Assembly: GCA_963779375.1 (NCBI GenBank)
Contig: CAVZXW010000026.1
Span: forward strand, 265,360 to 329,359
Reading direction: 5' to 3'
Origin: an uncultured Chloroflexia bacterium
GTDB lineage: Bacteria; Chloroflexota; Limnocylindria; Limnocylindrales; CSP1-4
Length of the DNA: 64,000 nucleotides
A program made the translations under genes and the position numbers. Below are positions 52,614 to 63,958 of this stretch, in pieces; position 1 is the stretch's first letter, and each line of letters starts with the position of its first letter. The notes beneath the pieces were generated by a model. That model worked only from the letters and a program-made list of their open reading frames with translations, ran no database searches and had not been told where the DNA came from.

Positions 52614-54224
52614 TCAGGCGCCCCGGACGCGCAGGAGATCACGCGTGACCTCGTTGAGGACGTCCGGACCGTCCTCGCCGCAGACGACGATGTCCTCGAT
52701 CCGCGCGCCGTGGCGCCCGTCGATGTAGATGCCCGGTTCGACGCTGAACGCGAAGCCGGCCCGGAGGGGCTCGGCGTTACCGGCCACCAGGTACGGGTCC
52801 TCGTGCTCCTCGAGGCCGATGCCGTGGCCGATGCGGTGGATGAACTGCGGCCCGAACCCGCCTCGCTCGATGACGCCGCGCCCGACCGCATCGATCCGCT
52901 CGGCGGGCGTGCCCGGCCTCACGGCAGCCGTGGCGGCCGCCTGCGCGGCCTGGAGGACCTCGTACAGCCGCTCGAACTCGCCATCGGGCCCGGCATCGTC
53001 GACGCCCGTCACCCACAGCGTGCGGGTGGTGTCCGATCCGTAGCCCTCGTACGCGCCACCGATGTCGAGCACCACCGGCTCTCCCGCGCCGATCCGCCGC
53101 GACGACGCCTCGTGGTGCGGGGACGCGGAGTTCGGCCCGCTCGCGACGATCGCGAACGCCGCGACTTCATGCCCCTCGTCGAGCAGCCGCTCCCGGACCT
53201 CCCGGGCCACGTCCGACTCCGGGCGCCCGACGAGCCGGCCGCCCGCGATCGCGAGCACCACACGGTCCGCGGCATGCGCCGCGGACCGCAGCAGCGTGAT
53301 CTCGTCGGCGTCCTTGGCCATGCGGAGGCGACGCAGGACGTCGGACGCCAGCCCGAAGGGCACGGCCGGGAACGCGGCCTGCAGGCGCAGCACGAACGAC
53401 GCCCACAACCGGTCCGAGACGAGGAGCCGGCCGCGTGCCTGCGAGACGGGAACGAGCCCCGGCACGAGCCCGACCGGATCCTCCGTCTCCTCCCATGTGA
53501 CCATGCGGACGATGCCCGCCGCGGCGGCCGGGGCCCGGGACGCACGCGGCGCCTCGAGTCGCGGCACGATGAGCGTCGGTTCCCCGTCGCGAGGCAGCAC
53601 GAGCATCGTGAGCCGCTCGAGGTTCATGGCGTCGTAGCCGGTCAGCCACCGCAGATCCGCACCGACCCCGACGAGCAGGGCGGCGGCGTCAGAACCGAGG
53701 GCCTCTCTCGCGGCGTCGATTCGCCCGGCGTACCGCTCGGACGGGATGCCCGGCCGGGACCCGGAGTCGGCGGCGGCGTCAGAACCGGGCCGCGTGCCGG
53801 GCGCGACCGCGAGGGGACCCAGCGTGTCCGCCTGCGGAGTCGCGGGTGCCTGCCCCGGCAGGCCGCGCACCCACGCGCCGAGCACCCGGGGGCCGCTGGC
53901 GAAGAGCCGCCCGTAGGCATAGACGTCGCTCGCACCCGCGGCTCGAGCCGCCGCGCGGCCCTCCCGGTCGTCGTGCTGCCCCACCGCGACCACCGGAACG
54001 CCGGCGGCCGAGGCACGGTGCACTGCCTCGAGCCCCTGGTACGTACGGCTCGTGAGGTCCACGACGACACCGGCGGGGCGCGTCGGGGCCGCGAGGGTGG
54101 CGTCGAGCGCCTCGAGGCTGCGAAGGCCGGCCGGGCGGGCACCGGCATCCCGGACGAGCCGGTCGAGCCGGGTGGCCCACATCAGGTCGTCGGCGAGAAT
54201 CGCGACGAACGGGCCGTCGATCAC
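52614..54224 (-). CDS. Fusion of a receiver-like (CheY-fold, possibly pseudo-receiver) N-terminal domain, a low-complexity linker and an M24-family Xaa-Pro aminopeptidase; putative GTG start 54224
   Basis: VAILADD...AGVVVDLTS...VPVVAVGQ...ASDVYAYG resembles receiver beta1-beta5 but lacks the usual T and K. Then creatinase_N (ADLRWLTGYD...LVLPRDG) and M24 (HRIGHGIGLEEHEDPYLV, FSVEPGIYIDG). One continuous ORF with no internal stop. Confidence 0.6.
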   Translation of the reverse strand: MIDGPFVAILADDLMWATRLDRLVRDAGARPAGLRSLEALDATLAAPTRPAGVVVDLTSRTYQGLEAVHRASAAGVPVVAVGQHDDREGRAAARAAGASDVYAYGRLFASGPRVLGAWVRGLPGQAPATPQADTLGPLAVAPGTRPGSDAAADSGSRPGIPSERYAGRIDAAREALGSDAAALLVGVGADLRWLTGYDAMNLERLTMLVLPRDGEPTLIVPRLEAPRASRAPAAAAGIVRMVTWEETEDPVGLVPGLVPVSQARGRLLVSDRLWASFVLRLQAAFPAVPFGLASDVLRRLRMAKDADEITLLRSAAHAADRVVLAIAGGRLVGRPESDVAREVRERLLDEGHEVAAFAIVASGPNSASPHHEASSRRIGAGEPVVLDIGGAYEGYGSDTTRTLWVTGVDDAGPDGEFERLYEVLQAAQAAATAAVRPGTPAERIDAVGRGVIERGGFGPQFIHRIGHGIGLEEHEDPYLVAGNAEPLRAGFAFSVEPGIYIDGRHGARIEDIVVCGEDGPDVLNEVTRDLLRVRGA

Positions 54225-54268
54225 CGGGCGCTCAGGATGTCGGGTGCTGCCCGGCGAGCTCGATGGCC

Positions 54269-54853
54269 TCACCGGGGACGACGCCGGCGAGGACCGCTTC
54301 GGCGTACCGGCCCGCGAAGCGACCTGCCGCCTCCTCGGGCACGATCTGGCGGATCTGGTCCGAAATCCAGCTCGTAGCCGTACCGCACCGCGCCGATGTT
54401 CTCCTCGCGGTACTTCGACGGGAGCGCGGCGACGAGGGCGGCCTCGTCGAACTGGACGTCCGACAGGCGGAGCAGCCGGCCCAGCGCGATCATGTTGCCG
54501 AACAGGTCGCGACCGAAGTGCCGCACGCCGAGCTCGAGGAACGGGATCTCCTCGGCGCGCTCGCCGGACTTGGCCAGCCCGATGTCGGACACCACGTAGT
54601 CGCTGGCCAGGTGGTAGGGACCGTGGTCGGCGAGGCGCAGGGTCACGTTGGCGTGCTCGACCACAGGGTTCGCGATGGGCTCGTCGGCGTACTTGAGGAA
54701 CGCCTCGCTCATGCCACCGCGAACGCTGGAGTCGTAGTCGTAGAGCAGGGTGACCTCGTATCCCATCGCCCCCAGCAGCGTCGCCATCGTGTTGCCGATG
54801 ACGCGCACGCCCTGGCCACCGACACCGTCGATGACGATCGCGTGCTCGGTCAT
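54269..54853 (-). CDS. porG: 2-oxoacid:ferredoxin oxidoreductase gamma subunit
   Basis: AIVIDGVGGQGVRVIGNTMATLLGAMGYEV...DSSVRGG matches the PorG/KorC family. ATGA overlap with the beta subunit. Confidence 0.7.
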   Translation of the reverse strand: MTEHAIVIDGVGGQGVRVIGNTMATLLGAMGYEVTLLYDYDSSVRGGMSEAFLKYADEPIANPVVEHANVTLRLADHGPYHLASDYVVSDIGLAKSGERAEEIPFLELGVRHFGRDLFGNMIALGRLLRLSDVQFDEAALVAALPSKYREENIGAVRYGYELDFGPDPPDRARGGGRSLRGPVRRSGPRRRRPR

Positions 54854-55641
54854 GCCTCGCCGCTCCCCTTCCCCGCGCCCGCACCTGCCGGGACGGGCTC
54901 GGCCGCGTGCCCCTTGACGATCCCCAGCTGGTGGTTCGCCAGCTGCGCGGATCCGGGAGGAGCCTGCCGGTATTCCTTCTTGTAGTAGTTGAGCATCTCG
55001 TTGGCGCTCGGGAATCCGATCCGGCGCCCGTTGTTCTCGATGCACTGGCTCGTGATGTCCACGAACGAAAAGCCCGGCCACTCGACGGCTTCCTTGATCG
55101 CCCGCCGCATCTGGCCCTGGTGATACACGGTGCTCTTGGCGTAGAACGCGTTCGGGTTCGTGTTGACCAGGCCCTGGAGGTTGACCGGGCTGTACGTCGC
55201 GCCCGCGGGCGAGGACACGGTCTTCGTGCCCACCGGGGTCGTCGGCCCCGTCTGCCCGCCCGTCAGGCCGTAGATCTCGTTGTTGTTGCAGAGCACCGTG
55301 ATCCGCGGGTTGCGGCGGATCGCGTGCAGCAGGTGGTTCCCGCCGATCGACGACATGTCCCCGTCGCCGGCGACGACGATCACGTTCAACTCGGGGCGGA
55401 CCGTGGCGATGGCCTCCGCCACGGGCAGCGTGCGCCCGTGCAGCGTGTAGACCGAATCGAACTGCATGTACGCGCCCATGCGCCCCGTGCACCCGATCCC
55501 GGTGACCATGACCGTGTTGGTCCTGTCCAGGCCCAGGTCGTCCATGACCATGGCCAGCTGGGTCATGATCAGGCCGATCCCGCAGCCCGGGCACCAGATC
55601 GTGGGGAAGAGCTCGGTCTTGACCTTGTCCTTGTACGACAT
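54850..55641 (-). CDS. porB: 2-oxoacid:ferredoxin oxidoreductase beta (TPP-binding) subunit
   Basis: WCPGCGIG...VTGIGCTGR...VVAGDGDMSSIGGNHLLHAIRRN...CNNNEIYGLTGGQ. Confidence 0.85.
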   Translation of the reverse strand: MSYKDKVKTELFPTIWCPGCGIGLIMTQLAMVMDDLGLDRTNTVMVTGIGCTGRMGAYMQFDSVYTLHGRTLPVAEAIATVRPELNVIVVAGDGDMSSIGGNHLLHAIRRNPRITVLCNNNEIYGLTGGQTGPTTPVGTKTVSSPAGATYSPVNLQGLVNTNPNAFYAKSTVYHQGQMRRAIKEAVEWPGFSFVDITSQCIENNGRRIGFPSANEMLNYYKKEYRQAPPGSAQLANHQLGIVKGHAAEPVPAGAGAGKGSGEA

Positions 55642-55675
55642 GGGTGGTGGGGACCTCGGTTCGTGCGGTTGTTGC

Positions 55676-56746
55676 TCAGACGGCCGCTTCGGCGAGCTCG
55701 CGGGGGAGCAGGCCGATCCGGTCGAGCCCCTCGCGGACCGCTTCGAGGCTCATACGGCCCCCGAGAAGCGGGACGCGCTGGACGTCCCGGTAGAGGACGC
55801 GCTCGACCACGCTCGCGTACTGGCCGTCGCTGCCCTCGATGACCACGAGGCGCTTGTAGCGGGAGGCGACCTCGCGCAGCTCGTCCTGCAGGACCGGCCA
55901 GATGCGGATCGGCCGGAACAGGGCGAAGTGCGGTGCGAGGGGTTGGGCAATGCGGCGGGTGATCCCGAAGGCGATCACGAGCGTCTCGGCATCCACGTTC
56001 CAGCCGTGCTCGTAGAACGCGTACCGGTCGGCAACCTCGAGGCGACGCGCCTTCGCCTCCTCGTACTGGCGGATGAACTCGTCGGCGTCGGCTGTGGCCG
56101 GCTCGCCGTCGGGGTACGTCGCCACGCCGCTGAAGAGCCGCGTGCTGCCGGACGCCAGCGGCTCGAGCGTGCGGGACACGACGGGCACGTCGATCGCGTC
56201 GAGGTCGACGACCTCGTTGAGATGGCCGAGGAACGCGTCGGAGAGCAGTACGACCGGGGACTGGCTCTCCTCCGCGCAGTTGAACGCGCGGATCGTGTAC
56301 TCGTAGCACTCGGCGACCGACGACGGGTAGAAGACGATGCTCGTGTAGTCACCCGATGACCCGTACCGGGTCTGCAGGATGTCGCCCTGGCCGGGCATCG
56401 TGGGCATGCCCGTGGCCGGCCCGACGCGCTGGACGTCGACGAAGACGGTGGGCACGCCGAGCTTGTGCGCGTACCCGATCGCCTCCTGCATGAGGCTGAA
56501 GCCCGGGCCGGACGTGGCGGTGAAGGACTTCGCGCCGGCGAGGCTGGCACCGATGATCGCGTTGGCGCTGGCGATCTCGTCCTCCGCCTGGAGGAACCGG
56601 AGCTCGGGATGGGCGGCGGCGTACGCAGACGCCGCCATGAGGATCTCGCTGCTGGGGCTGATCGGGTACCCGGCGAAATACGTCGCGCCGGCCTTCATCG
56701 CCCCCAGCAGTACCGCCTCGTTACCCTGGAGGAGTCGCTTGGCCAT
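55676..56746 (-). CDS. porA: 2-oxoacid:ferredoxin oxidoreductase alpha subunit
   Basis: LLQGNEAVLLGAMKAGATYFAGYPISPSSEI...TATSGPGFSLMQEAIGYA...VDVQRVGPATGMPT. Confidence 0.85.
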   Translation of the reverse strand: MAKRLLQGNEAVLLGAMKAGATYFAGYPISPSSEILMAASAYAAAHPELRFLQAEDEIASANAIIGASLAGAKSFTATSGPGFSLMQEAIGYAHKLGVPTVFVDVQRVGPATGMPTMPGQGDILQTRYGSSGDYTSIVFYPSSVAECYEYTIRAFNCAEESQSPVVLLSDAFLGHLNEVVDLDAIDVPVVSRTLEPLASGSTRLFSGVATYPDGEPATADADEFIRQYEEAKARRLEVADRYAFYEHGWNVDAETLVIAFGITRRIAQPLAPHFALFRPIRIWPVLQDELREVASRYKRLVVIEGSDGQYASVVERVLYRDVQRVPLLGGRMSLEAVREGLDRIGLLPRELAEAAV

Positions 56747-56761
56747 GGTTCGTCCCGCCTC

Positions 56762-57220
56762 CTAGGTCGGGTTCGCCCGGTCGACGTCCGGGTCGCTCTC
56801 GACGTCGGTGATACCGCGACTGGGGTCCGTGCCCGCGACGGCCGGACCGCGCGCGGTGTCGGGCAGACCGGAGCGCTGGGGCGTCCGGCCGTGGGGTCGT
56901 GCCTCGACCGTCGCGGTCGCCGCCGCCGAGTCGGCGCCGGCCACCGCCTGCGCGGGGATCATCTCGATGGCCAGGTCGGGACAGTAGCGTTCGCACAGAC
57001 CACAGCGGATGCAGTTCTCCGCCTCGATGATGGCGTCATGCGTCAGGACCAGCGAATCCTTGGGACAGATCTCGACGCAGATGTTGCAGCGCTTGCACCA
57101 GTCGTCGACCCATCGGATGTTCACGAAGTCGACGATCGTGGGGGCCCGTCGGACCCGCTGTGTCGTGGGGGCGTACAGCGTAGCCGTCGCAGCTTCCTCG
57201 TTCGTGTTCGCCGGTCGCAC
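56762..57220 (-). CDS. porD: 2-oxoacid:ferredoxin oxidoreductase delta subunit (2x[4Fe-4S] ferredoxin) with a C-terminal low-complexity tail; start uncertain (GTG 57220 proposed)
   Basis: CKRCNICVEICP and CIRCGLCERYCP cluster motifs. Confidence 0.55.
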   Translation of the reverse strand: MRPANTNEEAATATLYAPTTQRVRRAPTIVDFVNIRWVDDWCKRCNICVEICPKDSLVLTHDAIIEAENCIRCGLCERYCPDLAIEMIPAQAVAGADSAAATATVEARPHGRTPQRSGLPDTARGPAVAGTDPSRGITDVESDPDVDRANPT

Positions 57221-57450
57221 GAGCGGGCCGGTCGGACCTCGGAAGTCTACCCATTTCGGTGCGTAACGATGCGTGCCATAGTCCCCGGCGGGACCGTGGC
57301 GAGGTCGACCGCGGCCCCATCCGTTCGAGTGGGGCCGTCCGGCAGGCCAACCGGAGGGCCGGAAGGTCGGCCGGCTGCGCCCGTCGACCCGGCCGTGCCC
57401 GGCTGGCCGGCGCCCGGCGCCGGGGCGTGGTGCTCGGGCGGCACCCGGCC

Positions 57451-58446
57451 TCAGGCGGGGCCGGAACCCCGGCGGCGCTCGCGCAGCACGCTGCGCGCCA
57501 TGAACAGCACGTTGGCCGGCCGCTCGGCGAGGCGGCGCATGTAGTACGGGTACCACTCGGTCCCGAAGGGCACATACACGCGCACCGTGTAACCGGCACC
57601 GGCCAGCCGTTCCTGGAGATCCCGTCGCACGCCGTACAGCATCTGGAACTCGAACCGTGACGCCTCGATCCGCTCGCGCTCGGCGAACCCGCGAATCCAT
57701 GCGATCAGCATCTCGTCGTGCGTCGCGAACGCCGGGTAGTCCCCGTCGCGGAGGAGCGCCTCGGCCAGCCTGCGGAAGCTGTCGTCCACGTCCTCCTTGC
57801 GCGGGAACGCGACGTCCGACGGTTCGTCGTAGGCGCCCTTGCAGAGGCGGACCCGGATATGGTCCCGGTCGAGTCCGGCGACATCCGCGGAGCTGCGCCG
57901 AAGATATGACTGGATGACGACGCCGACGGCCGGATACCGGGCATGCGCCTCGCGCACGAGCTGCAGCGTCCGGTCGGTGTGTGCGTGGTCCTCCATGTCG
58001 ACCCGCACGAAGGCCCCGAGCTCGGTCGCCCGCGCGACGATCCGGAACAGGTTCTCGCGGCAGGCGTCCTGGTCCACGTCAAGGCCGAGCTGCGTCAGCT
58101 TGAGGCTGACGTTCCTGTCGAGCTGCCGGCCCGCCAGCGCGTCCAGCACCTCGAGGTAGCGATCTGCCGCCAGCCTGGCCGCGTCCACGGTGCTCACCAA
58201 TTCGCCCAGCACGTCGACTGTCGTTGACAGGCCCCTGGCCCGGAGCTGCTCCAGCGCCACGAGCGCGGCGGGCAGCGTCTCCCCTGCCACGAACCTCCGG
58301 ACGGTCCCCTTCGTCAGCGAGCTGCGGGACGCGAGCCGGGCAAGCCGTCGCTGGTGCGCCGCCCACAGGAACCCGGCGCGCAGCACATGCGCCGCGCCGT
58401 CCGCAACGACGCCACGGATTCGTCCCGCCGGCCCCGTCCCACTCAC
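57451..58446 (-). CDS. proline dehydrogenase (PutA PRODH-domain protein); start GTG 58446 in a GTGA overlap with the upstream small gene
   Basis: FVAGETLPAALVALEQLRARGL...VRVDMEDHAHTDRTLQLV...VVIQSYLRRS...RVRLCKGAY...FATHDEMLIAWI...FQMLYGVR. Confidence 0.75.
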   Translation of the reverse strand: MSGTGPAGRIRGVVADGAAHVLRAGFLWAAHQRRLARLASRSSLTKGTVRRFVAGETLPAALVALEQLRARGLSTTVDVLGELVSTVDAARLAADRYLEVLDALAGRQLDRNVSLKLTQLGLDVDQDACRENLFRIVARATELGAFVRVDMEDHAHTDRTLQLVREAHARYPAVGVVIQSYLRRSSADVAGLDRDHIRVRLCKGAYDEPSDVAFPRKEDVDDSFRRLAEALLRDGDYPAFATHDEMLIAWIRGFAERERIEASRFEFQMLYGVRRDLQERLAGAGYTVRVYVPFGTEWYPYYMRRLAERPANVLFMARSVLRERRRGSGPA

Positions 58447-58892
58447 GTGCGTGTTCCCTCCTCGTGGTCCGCGGCGCCGCCCGCCGTGGCGGCGCGTTCG
58501 TCTTCGGCCGCCTCGAGCGCCGCGGCGGCGACCTTCCCGGACTCCTCGCGCTGGAATTCCTCGAGCCGGCCCTGGCGATGGGATCGGATCGCCTCGCGCA
58601 GCAGACGCTCGGGGATGCGGCCCGACAGCGACCCGTCGGGCTGCACGTACAGGCGGCATCCGGTGTTGTGCCGGGTGCCCGGCGGAGGGGGCGCGACGTC
58701 CACGCCGTTGAGGCGGACGCTCGGCGAGCCGACGAAATCGAGGAACTCGGCGTCGTCGTCGCCTCCGACCAGCACCAGCTGGATCGGCGTCTCGATCGTG
58801 CCCTCCGACAGGACCCGGTGCAGGTCCGCGCGCACGCGCTCCCAGTGCGGACAATCGAGCGTGTAGAGCAGCTCGACGCGGAGGTCGGACAC
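58443..58892 (-). CDS. small thioredoxin/glutaredoxin-fold-like protein with a single-Cys CPHW motif and an acidic C-terminus
   Basis: VELLYTLDCPHWERVRADLHRVL...QLVLVGGDDDAEFLDFVGSPSVRLNG. Translationally coupled to proline dehydrogenase. Confidence 0.4.
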   Translation of the reverse strand: MSDLRVELLYTLDCPHWERVRADLHRVLSEGTIETPIQLVLVGGDDDAEFLDFVGSPSVRLNGVDVAPPPPGTRHNTGCRLYVQPDGSLSGRIPERLLREAIRSHRQGRLEEFQREESGKVAAAALEAAEDERAATAGGAADHEEGTRT

Positions 58893-59891
58893 CTAGGCGA
58901 CGGGACCGGCGGGGGGCTCGTCGGCCACACCGGAAGCCTCCGGTGCTGCCGGCTCATCCGGGGGCAGGGGTGCCCCAGGCGCGGAGGGCGGAGTCCATGC
59001 CGGTCGGTCGGCCACCGCTGGCGGCGCGAAGGGATCGGCCGCCGCTGGCGCCGCGAAGGGATCTGCCGCCGCGGGCGGCGCGAAGGGATCGGCCGCCGCA
59101 CGGGCGTACGGCACGGCCACCGGCGCGGTGGGGGGTCGGCCGGGATCAGGACCGGTTGCCGGTCGGGCGCGTCGCACGGCGACCTCGCCGATCAACGACT
59201 GGGCGTCGAGCCGGATGCGCCTGCTGGCGGCCGCGTAATCGTCCGTCTCGGCACGGACGTCTCCCATGAAGGCCCCCGAGACCCTGCCCAGCGCCTCGCT
59301 CTCTCCGAGCATCGAGGTGACGCGGACGGAGGCGGGAATGTCGGCGGGCAGCAGCACGCGGACCTCGCCGATCACCGTGCTCACGTGGATCGGGGTCTCG
59401 CCATCGGGAAACGTCGCCTGCGTCAGGTCGAGCCGGACCTCGCCGATGAAGGTCTCAATTCGCATCGGGCCCGCCTGCAAGGGGCCGGCGACCTCGACCT
59501 CCCCCAGGAACCGCCGGTCCTGGAACGTGCCCGGGCCCCAGGCGGGTGCCCCCGCACCCCAGCTTGCCGAGGCCGACCACGCGGGGCCGGGTCCGGTGGC
59601 GCCTGCCTCGGGCGTCGCTCCCGTGCCTGCCGGCCACTCCTCGGGAGGCGGCGGCGTACCGGGCGCCGACGGGGTCGATGTCGTGCCCCACGAGGACCAG
59701 CCCGCCGGCGGGCCCGAGCGACGCCGGTTGCCGGCATCCCACATGAGCCAGAGCCCCAGCCCGACGATGAGCAGTGGCCACAGCCACTGCAGCGATGCGG
59801 CAAGTCCGGCATCGGCGCCGACCGTACCCAGCAGCACGATCCCGCCGACCACTATCAGAACGAGCCCGAATACCTCGCCTGCCGACCGCAT
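58893..59891 (-). CDS. membrane protein with a LiaF-like (DUF2154, cell-wall-stress response) beta domain and a Pro/Ala-rich repetitive C-terminus
   Basis: Two N-terminal TM helices. IETFIGEVRLDLTQATFPDGETPIHVSTVIGEVRVLLPADIPASVRVTSMLGE. 3x 27-bp repeat (59011..59091) encoding AAADPFAPP. Confidence 0.5.
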   Translation of the reverse strand: MRSAGEVFGLVLIVVGGIVLLGTVGADAGLAASLQWLWPLLIVGLGLWLMWDAGNRRRSGPPAGWSSWGTTSTPSAPGTPPPPEEWPAGTGATPEAGATGPGPAWSASASWGAGAPAWGPGTFQDRRFLGEVEVAGPLQAGPMRIETFIGEVRLDLTQATFPDGETPIHVSTVIGEVRVLLPADIPASVRVTSMLGESEALGRVSGAFMGDVRAETDDYAAASRRIRLDAQSLIGEVAVRRARPATGPDPGRPPTAPVAVPYARAAADPFAPPAAADPFAAPAAADPFAPPAVADRPAWTPPSAPGAPLPPDEPAAPEASGVADEPPAGPVA

Positions 59892-60064
59892 GCGGCCATG
59901 CTAACCGGCCGGGTGCCCCGCGTCAGTCCCGGCGCGCATCCTGGAGGCGTGTCCGTGCCCTGGCCGCGCGCCGGAACGGCCGACCCGTTCAGGCAGCACG
60001 CGCCGTCGGGCGGGGCACGCGCGGGTGGCGTGGCTTGCCCGGCCACGCCAACGGATGCCCGCGT

Positions 60065-61451
<1,387 letters not shown>

Positions 61452-61612
61452 GCGCCGGCCTCCGGGACGGGGCTCGAGCATGGGATCGGCGGAATCGGCG
61501 GTGGCCACGGGTGACCTCCTCGCGGACCCGGCGCGGGAGCGCCGGCCGCGGGCCATCCTAGCGCGTGCCGACCGGGGCGACTCGGCCCGCGGGAGTGTCG
61601 GCGCGCGGGCCG

Positions 61613-62468
61613 CTACTTTGCGCTGCCCGCCTCCGCCTGGCGCTCCAGCTGCTCGCCGAGTTCCTCGGTTCGCCGGAACGCAGCCCACACGGCCTCGGAG
61701 AGCACGGTGCGCAGCCTCCCCGACTCGAGCTCGTGCAGGGCGGCGGCGCTCGTCCCACCGGGCGAGGTCACCATGTTCCGCAACTCGGCGGGATGCATGC
61801 CGCTCGACTTGGCGAAGAGCGTGCTGCCCTCCAGCGTCTCGATGACGAGGTCATGGGCGATGTGGCGCGGGAACCCCAGGTGCACGGCCGCGTCGATCAG
61901 CGCCTCCATCACGAGGAAGACGTACGTCGGGTCCGGTGCCGCTGACCGCCGTCGCCATCGCGACCATGCGCTCGTCGTCCACCGCGAGCTCGGCTCCCAG
62001 CGCCTTCAGCAGCGTGGACGCCTGCTCCCGCTGCTCGGAGGTGACCTCGGGCGTCGCGTACCAGACCGTCATTCCCTTGCCGAGTCGTGCCGGCGTGTTC
62101 GGCATGCTCCGCACGATGGCACGGTGCCCGAGGACGGTCGCAAGCGCGGTCGTGGTCGCTCCGGCGATGATGCTGATGACGAGCTGGCCCTCGCGCAGGT
62201 GCCCGGCAAGCTCCCGCCCGACGCGGACGAGCATCTGCGGCTTGATCCCGAGCACGACGATGTCGGCCTGCTGCACCGCTTCGAGGTTGGAGGGCGAGAC
62301 CCGGACGGCGTAGTCGCGTTCGAGCTGGGCCCGGCGGTCTCCGCGTGGATGGCTGGCGATGATCTGGGCGGGCTCGACCTGGTGGCCACGGAGCAGGCCG
62401 GCGATCATGGCCTCGGCCATGACGCCCGAGCCCACGGTCGCGATCGTGCGGTCGTCGAGAGGGGACAT
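61613..62468 (-). pseudogene. proC: pyrroline-5-carboxylate reductase with one frameshift near 61905
   Basis: IATVGSGVMAEAMIAGLL...IVVLGIKPQ...VISIIAGATT...RSMPNTPARLGKGMTVW in ORF 61851..62468. C-terminal MMEALIDAAVHLGFPR...VTSPGGTSAAAL in ORF 61613..61912. Confidence 0.7.
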
Positions 62469-62540
62469 GGCCGGAGTATCGCAGATCGGCTCGCGCCGGC
62501 GCGCGAGGATCGCCCCGGAGACGTCGCCGGAACCTCAGCT

Positions 62541-62621
62541 CGGGTCGGGCTGTCCCGCCGCCGGGTCGGGCTGTCCAGCCGCCGGCTCGCCGCCCGCAGC
62601 CGGGTCGGGCTGTCCGCCGCC
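62541..62621. promoter_or_regulatory. Three direct repeats of a ~21-bp unit CGGGTCGGGCTGTCC(N)GCCGCC (two abutting, the third after a 17-bp spacer) about 75-155 bp upstream of proC
   Basis: Copies at 62541..62562, 62562..62583 and 62601..62621, read from the sequence. Confidence 0.3.
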
Positions 62622-62893
62622 GGGGGTGCGCCGGGTCGCCGCCCGCAGCGTCTCCCCCGCCGTCGGGCCGACCCTGCGTACCCGGGTCCCGCAGGCCCTC
62701 GCGCGAACGGTCCGCAAGGGCCTGCTTCAGTCGGAACCGGAGGAACGGATTCTCACCGGCCCTGCCCAGGCACTCCGGGCACAGCAGGGCCCAGCCCTCG
62801 AGGTCGGACACGGAGCGGGCCCGGTGAGTCCGGCCGCACCACAGGCACTGGAACGCCCCCCGGAACGGCATCAGTCCAGCGTTCGCCGGCGGA

Positions 62894-63958
62894 TCACGGC
62901 CCGGTCACCGGAATCCAGGCATCGGGCGGCGCCTCGTCGACGAATCCCTGTGGATCGAAAATCTCGGCGAGCATCGCGATCCCTTCGATCACCCTCGGGC
63001 CGGGTCGCGTGAAGTAGGCGTTGGCGTCGAGCGCGAAGACCTCGCCGTGCCGCACGGCCCGCATCTCCGCCCAACCCGCCGGGCGCGGTGCCCGCGACCA
63101 CTCATCCGCGGCCCGTTGTGCGTCGAAACCGCACGGGACGAGCAGGATCTGCTCCGGATCCACTTCCATGACCGCGGGCCAGGTCGTCTGCACGGCGCGC
63201 TGCCCTTCCCTGCCGAGCACGTCCCAGCCTCCGGCGCGCCGGACCTGCTCCGGAACCCAGTGGCCGCTCGTGAACGGTGGGTCGACCCACTCGAGCGCGA
63301 CCACGCGGCGAGCGCGGGTGCCGGCCGAGCGACGGCGCTGCACCTGGGCCTCGATCGAGCCGAGCCGTTCCCGCAGGAGCTCCACGAACCCGATCGCCTC
63401 GTCCTCGGCCGACGTCATGGCGCCGATGGTGGTGATCGTGTGGAAGATGCCCTCGATGGACGTGGGCTCGAGGGAGACCACCTCGGCCTCGGATCCGGCG
63501 GCGCGCAGCGCATCGAGCACCTGGCGCCGGGCCACGCCGCAGGCGTCGCAGACGTCCTGTGTCAGGACCAGGTCCGGTTCGGCAGCCCGCAAGGCATCCA
63601 CGTCGAGCTCGTACGGCGGCGATCCCGCATGGAGCGCATGGCAAATCCGCGTGTCGATCCGCCTGCTCGAGAGGGTCTCGGGAAGGGACGTGCGCGTGAC
63701 CGCCGGAACCGCAGCCGCCTCCGGCGGGAAGTCGCACGCGTGTGTGCGACCGACCAGCTCGTCACCCAGCCCAAGGCCGAAGACGATCTCCGTGGCAGCC
63801 GGCAGGAGCGACACGATCCGCACCGCCGGAGTGTACGGCCCGCCCGAGTTCACGCGGCCAGGCGTGGCGCATCGTATCGCCAGGGCCTGACGGTCGCCAG
63901 CTGGCACCGGGCCGCGAGCGATCCGGGGTGCCGTGCCGGCGGCCCGGCCGCTGGCCAT
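62894..63958 (-). CDS. BtuF/FhuD-like ABC substrate-binding protein (cobalamin or iron-siderophore type); start uncertain and there is no clear signal peptide at the ORF start
   Basis: RIVSLLPAATEIVFGLGLGDELVGRTHACDFP...PDLVLTQD...ALDANAYFTRPGPRVIEGI are typical of helical-backbone (cluster A) binding proteins. Confidence 0.55.
   Translation of the reverse strand: MASGRAAGTAPRIARGPVPAGDRQALAIRCATPGRVNSGGPYTPAVRIVSLLPAATEIVFGLGLGDELVGRTHACDFPPEAAAVPAVTRTSLPETLSSRRIDTRICHALHAGSPPYELDVDALRAAEPDLVLTQDVCDACGVARRQVLDALRAAGSEAEVVSLEPTSIEGIFHTITTIGAMTSAEDEAIGFVELLRERLGSIEAQVQRRRSAGTRARRVVALEWVDPPFTSGHWVPEQVRRAGGWDVLGREGQRAVQTTWPAVMEVDPEQILLVPCGFDAQRAADEWSRAPRPAGWAEMRAVRHGEVFALDANAYFTRPGPRVIEGIAMLAEIFDPQGFVDEAPPDAWIPVTGP

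Noticed and set aside
52431-54377. 648-aa ORF on the plus strand
   Set aside because: It is antisense to the M24 peptidase fusion and is low-complexity, with no conserved motifs.
54225-54884. N-terminal 220 codons of the 756-aa ORF 52614..54884 (-)
   Set aside because: This segment overlaps porG in another frame and is Arg-rich. The start was trimmed to GTG 54224, just after the porG stop.
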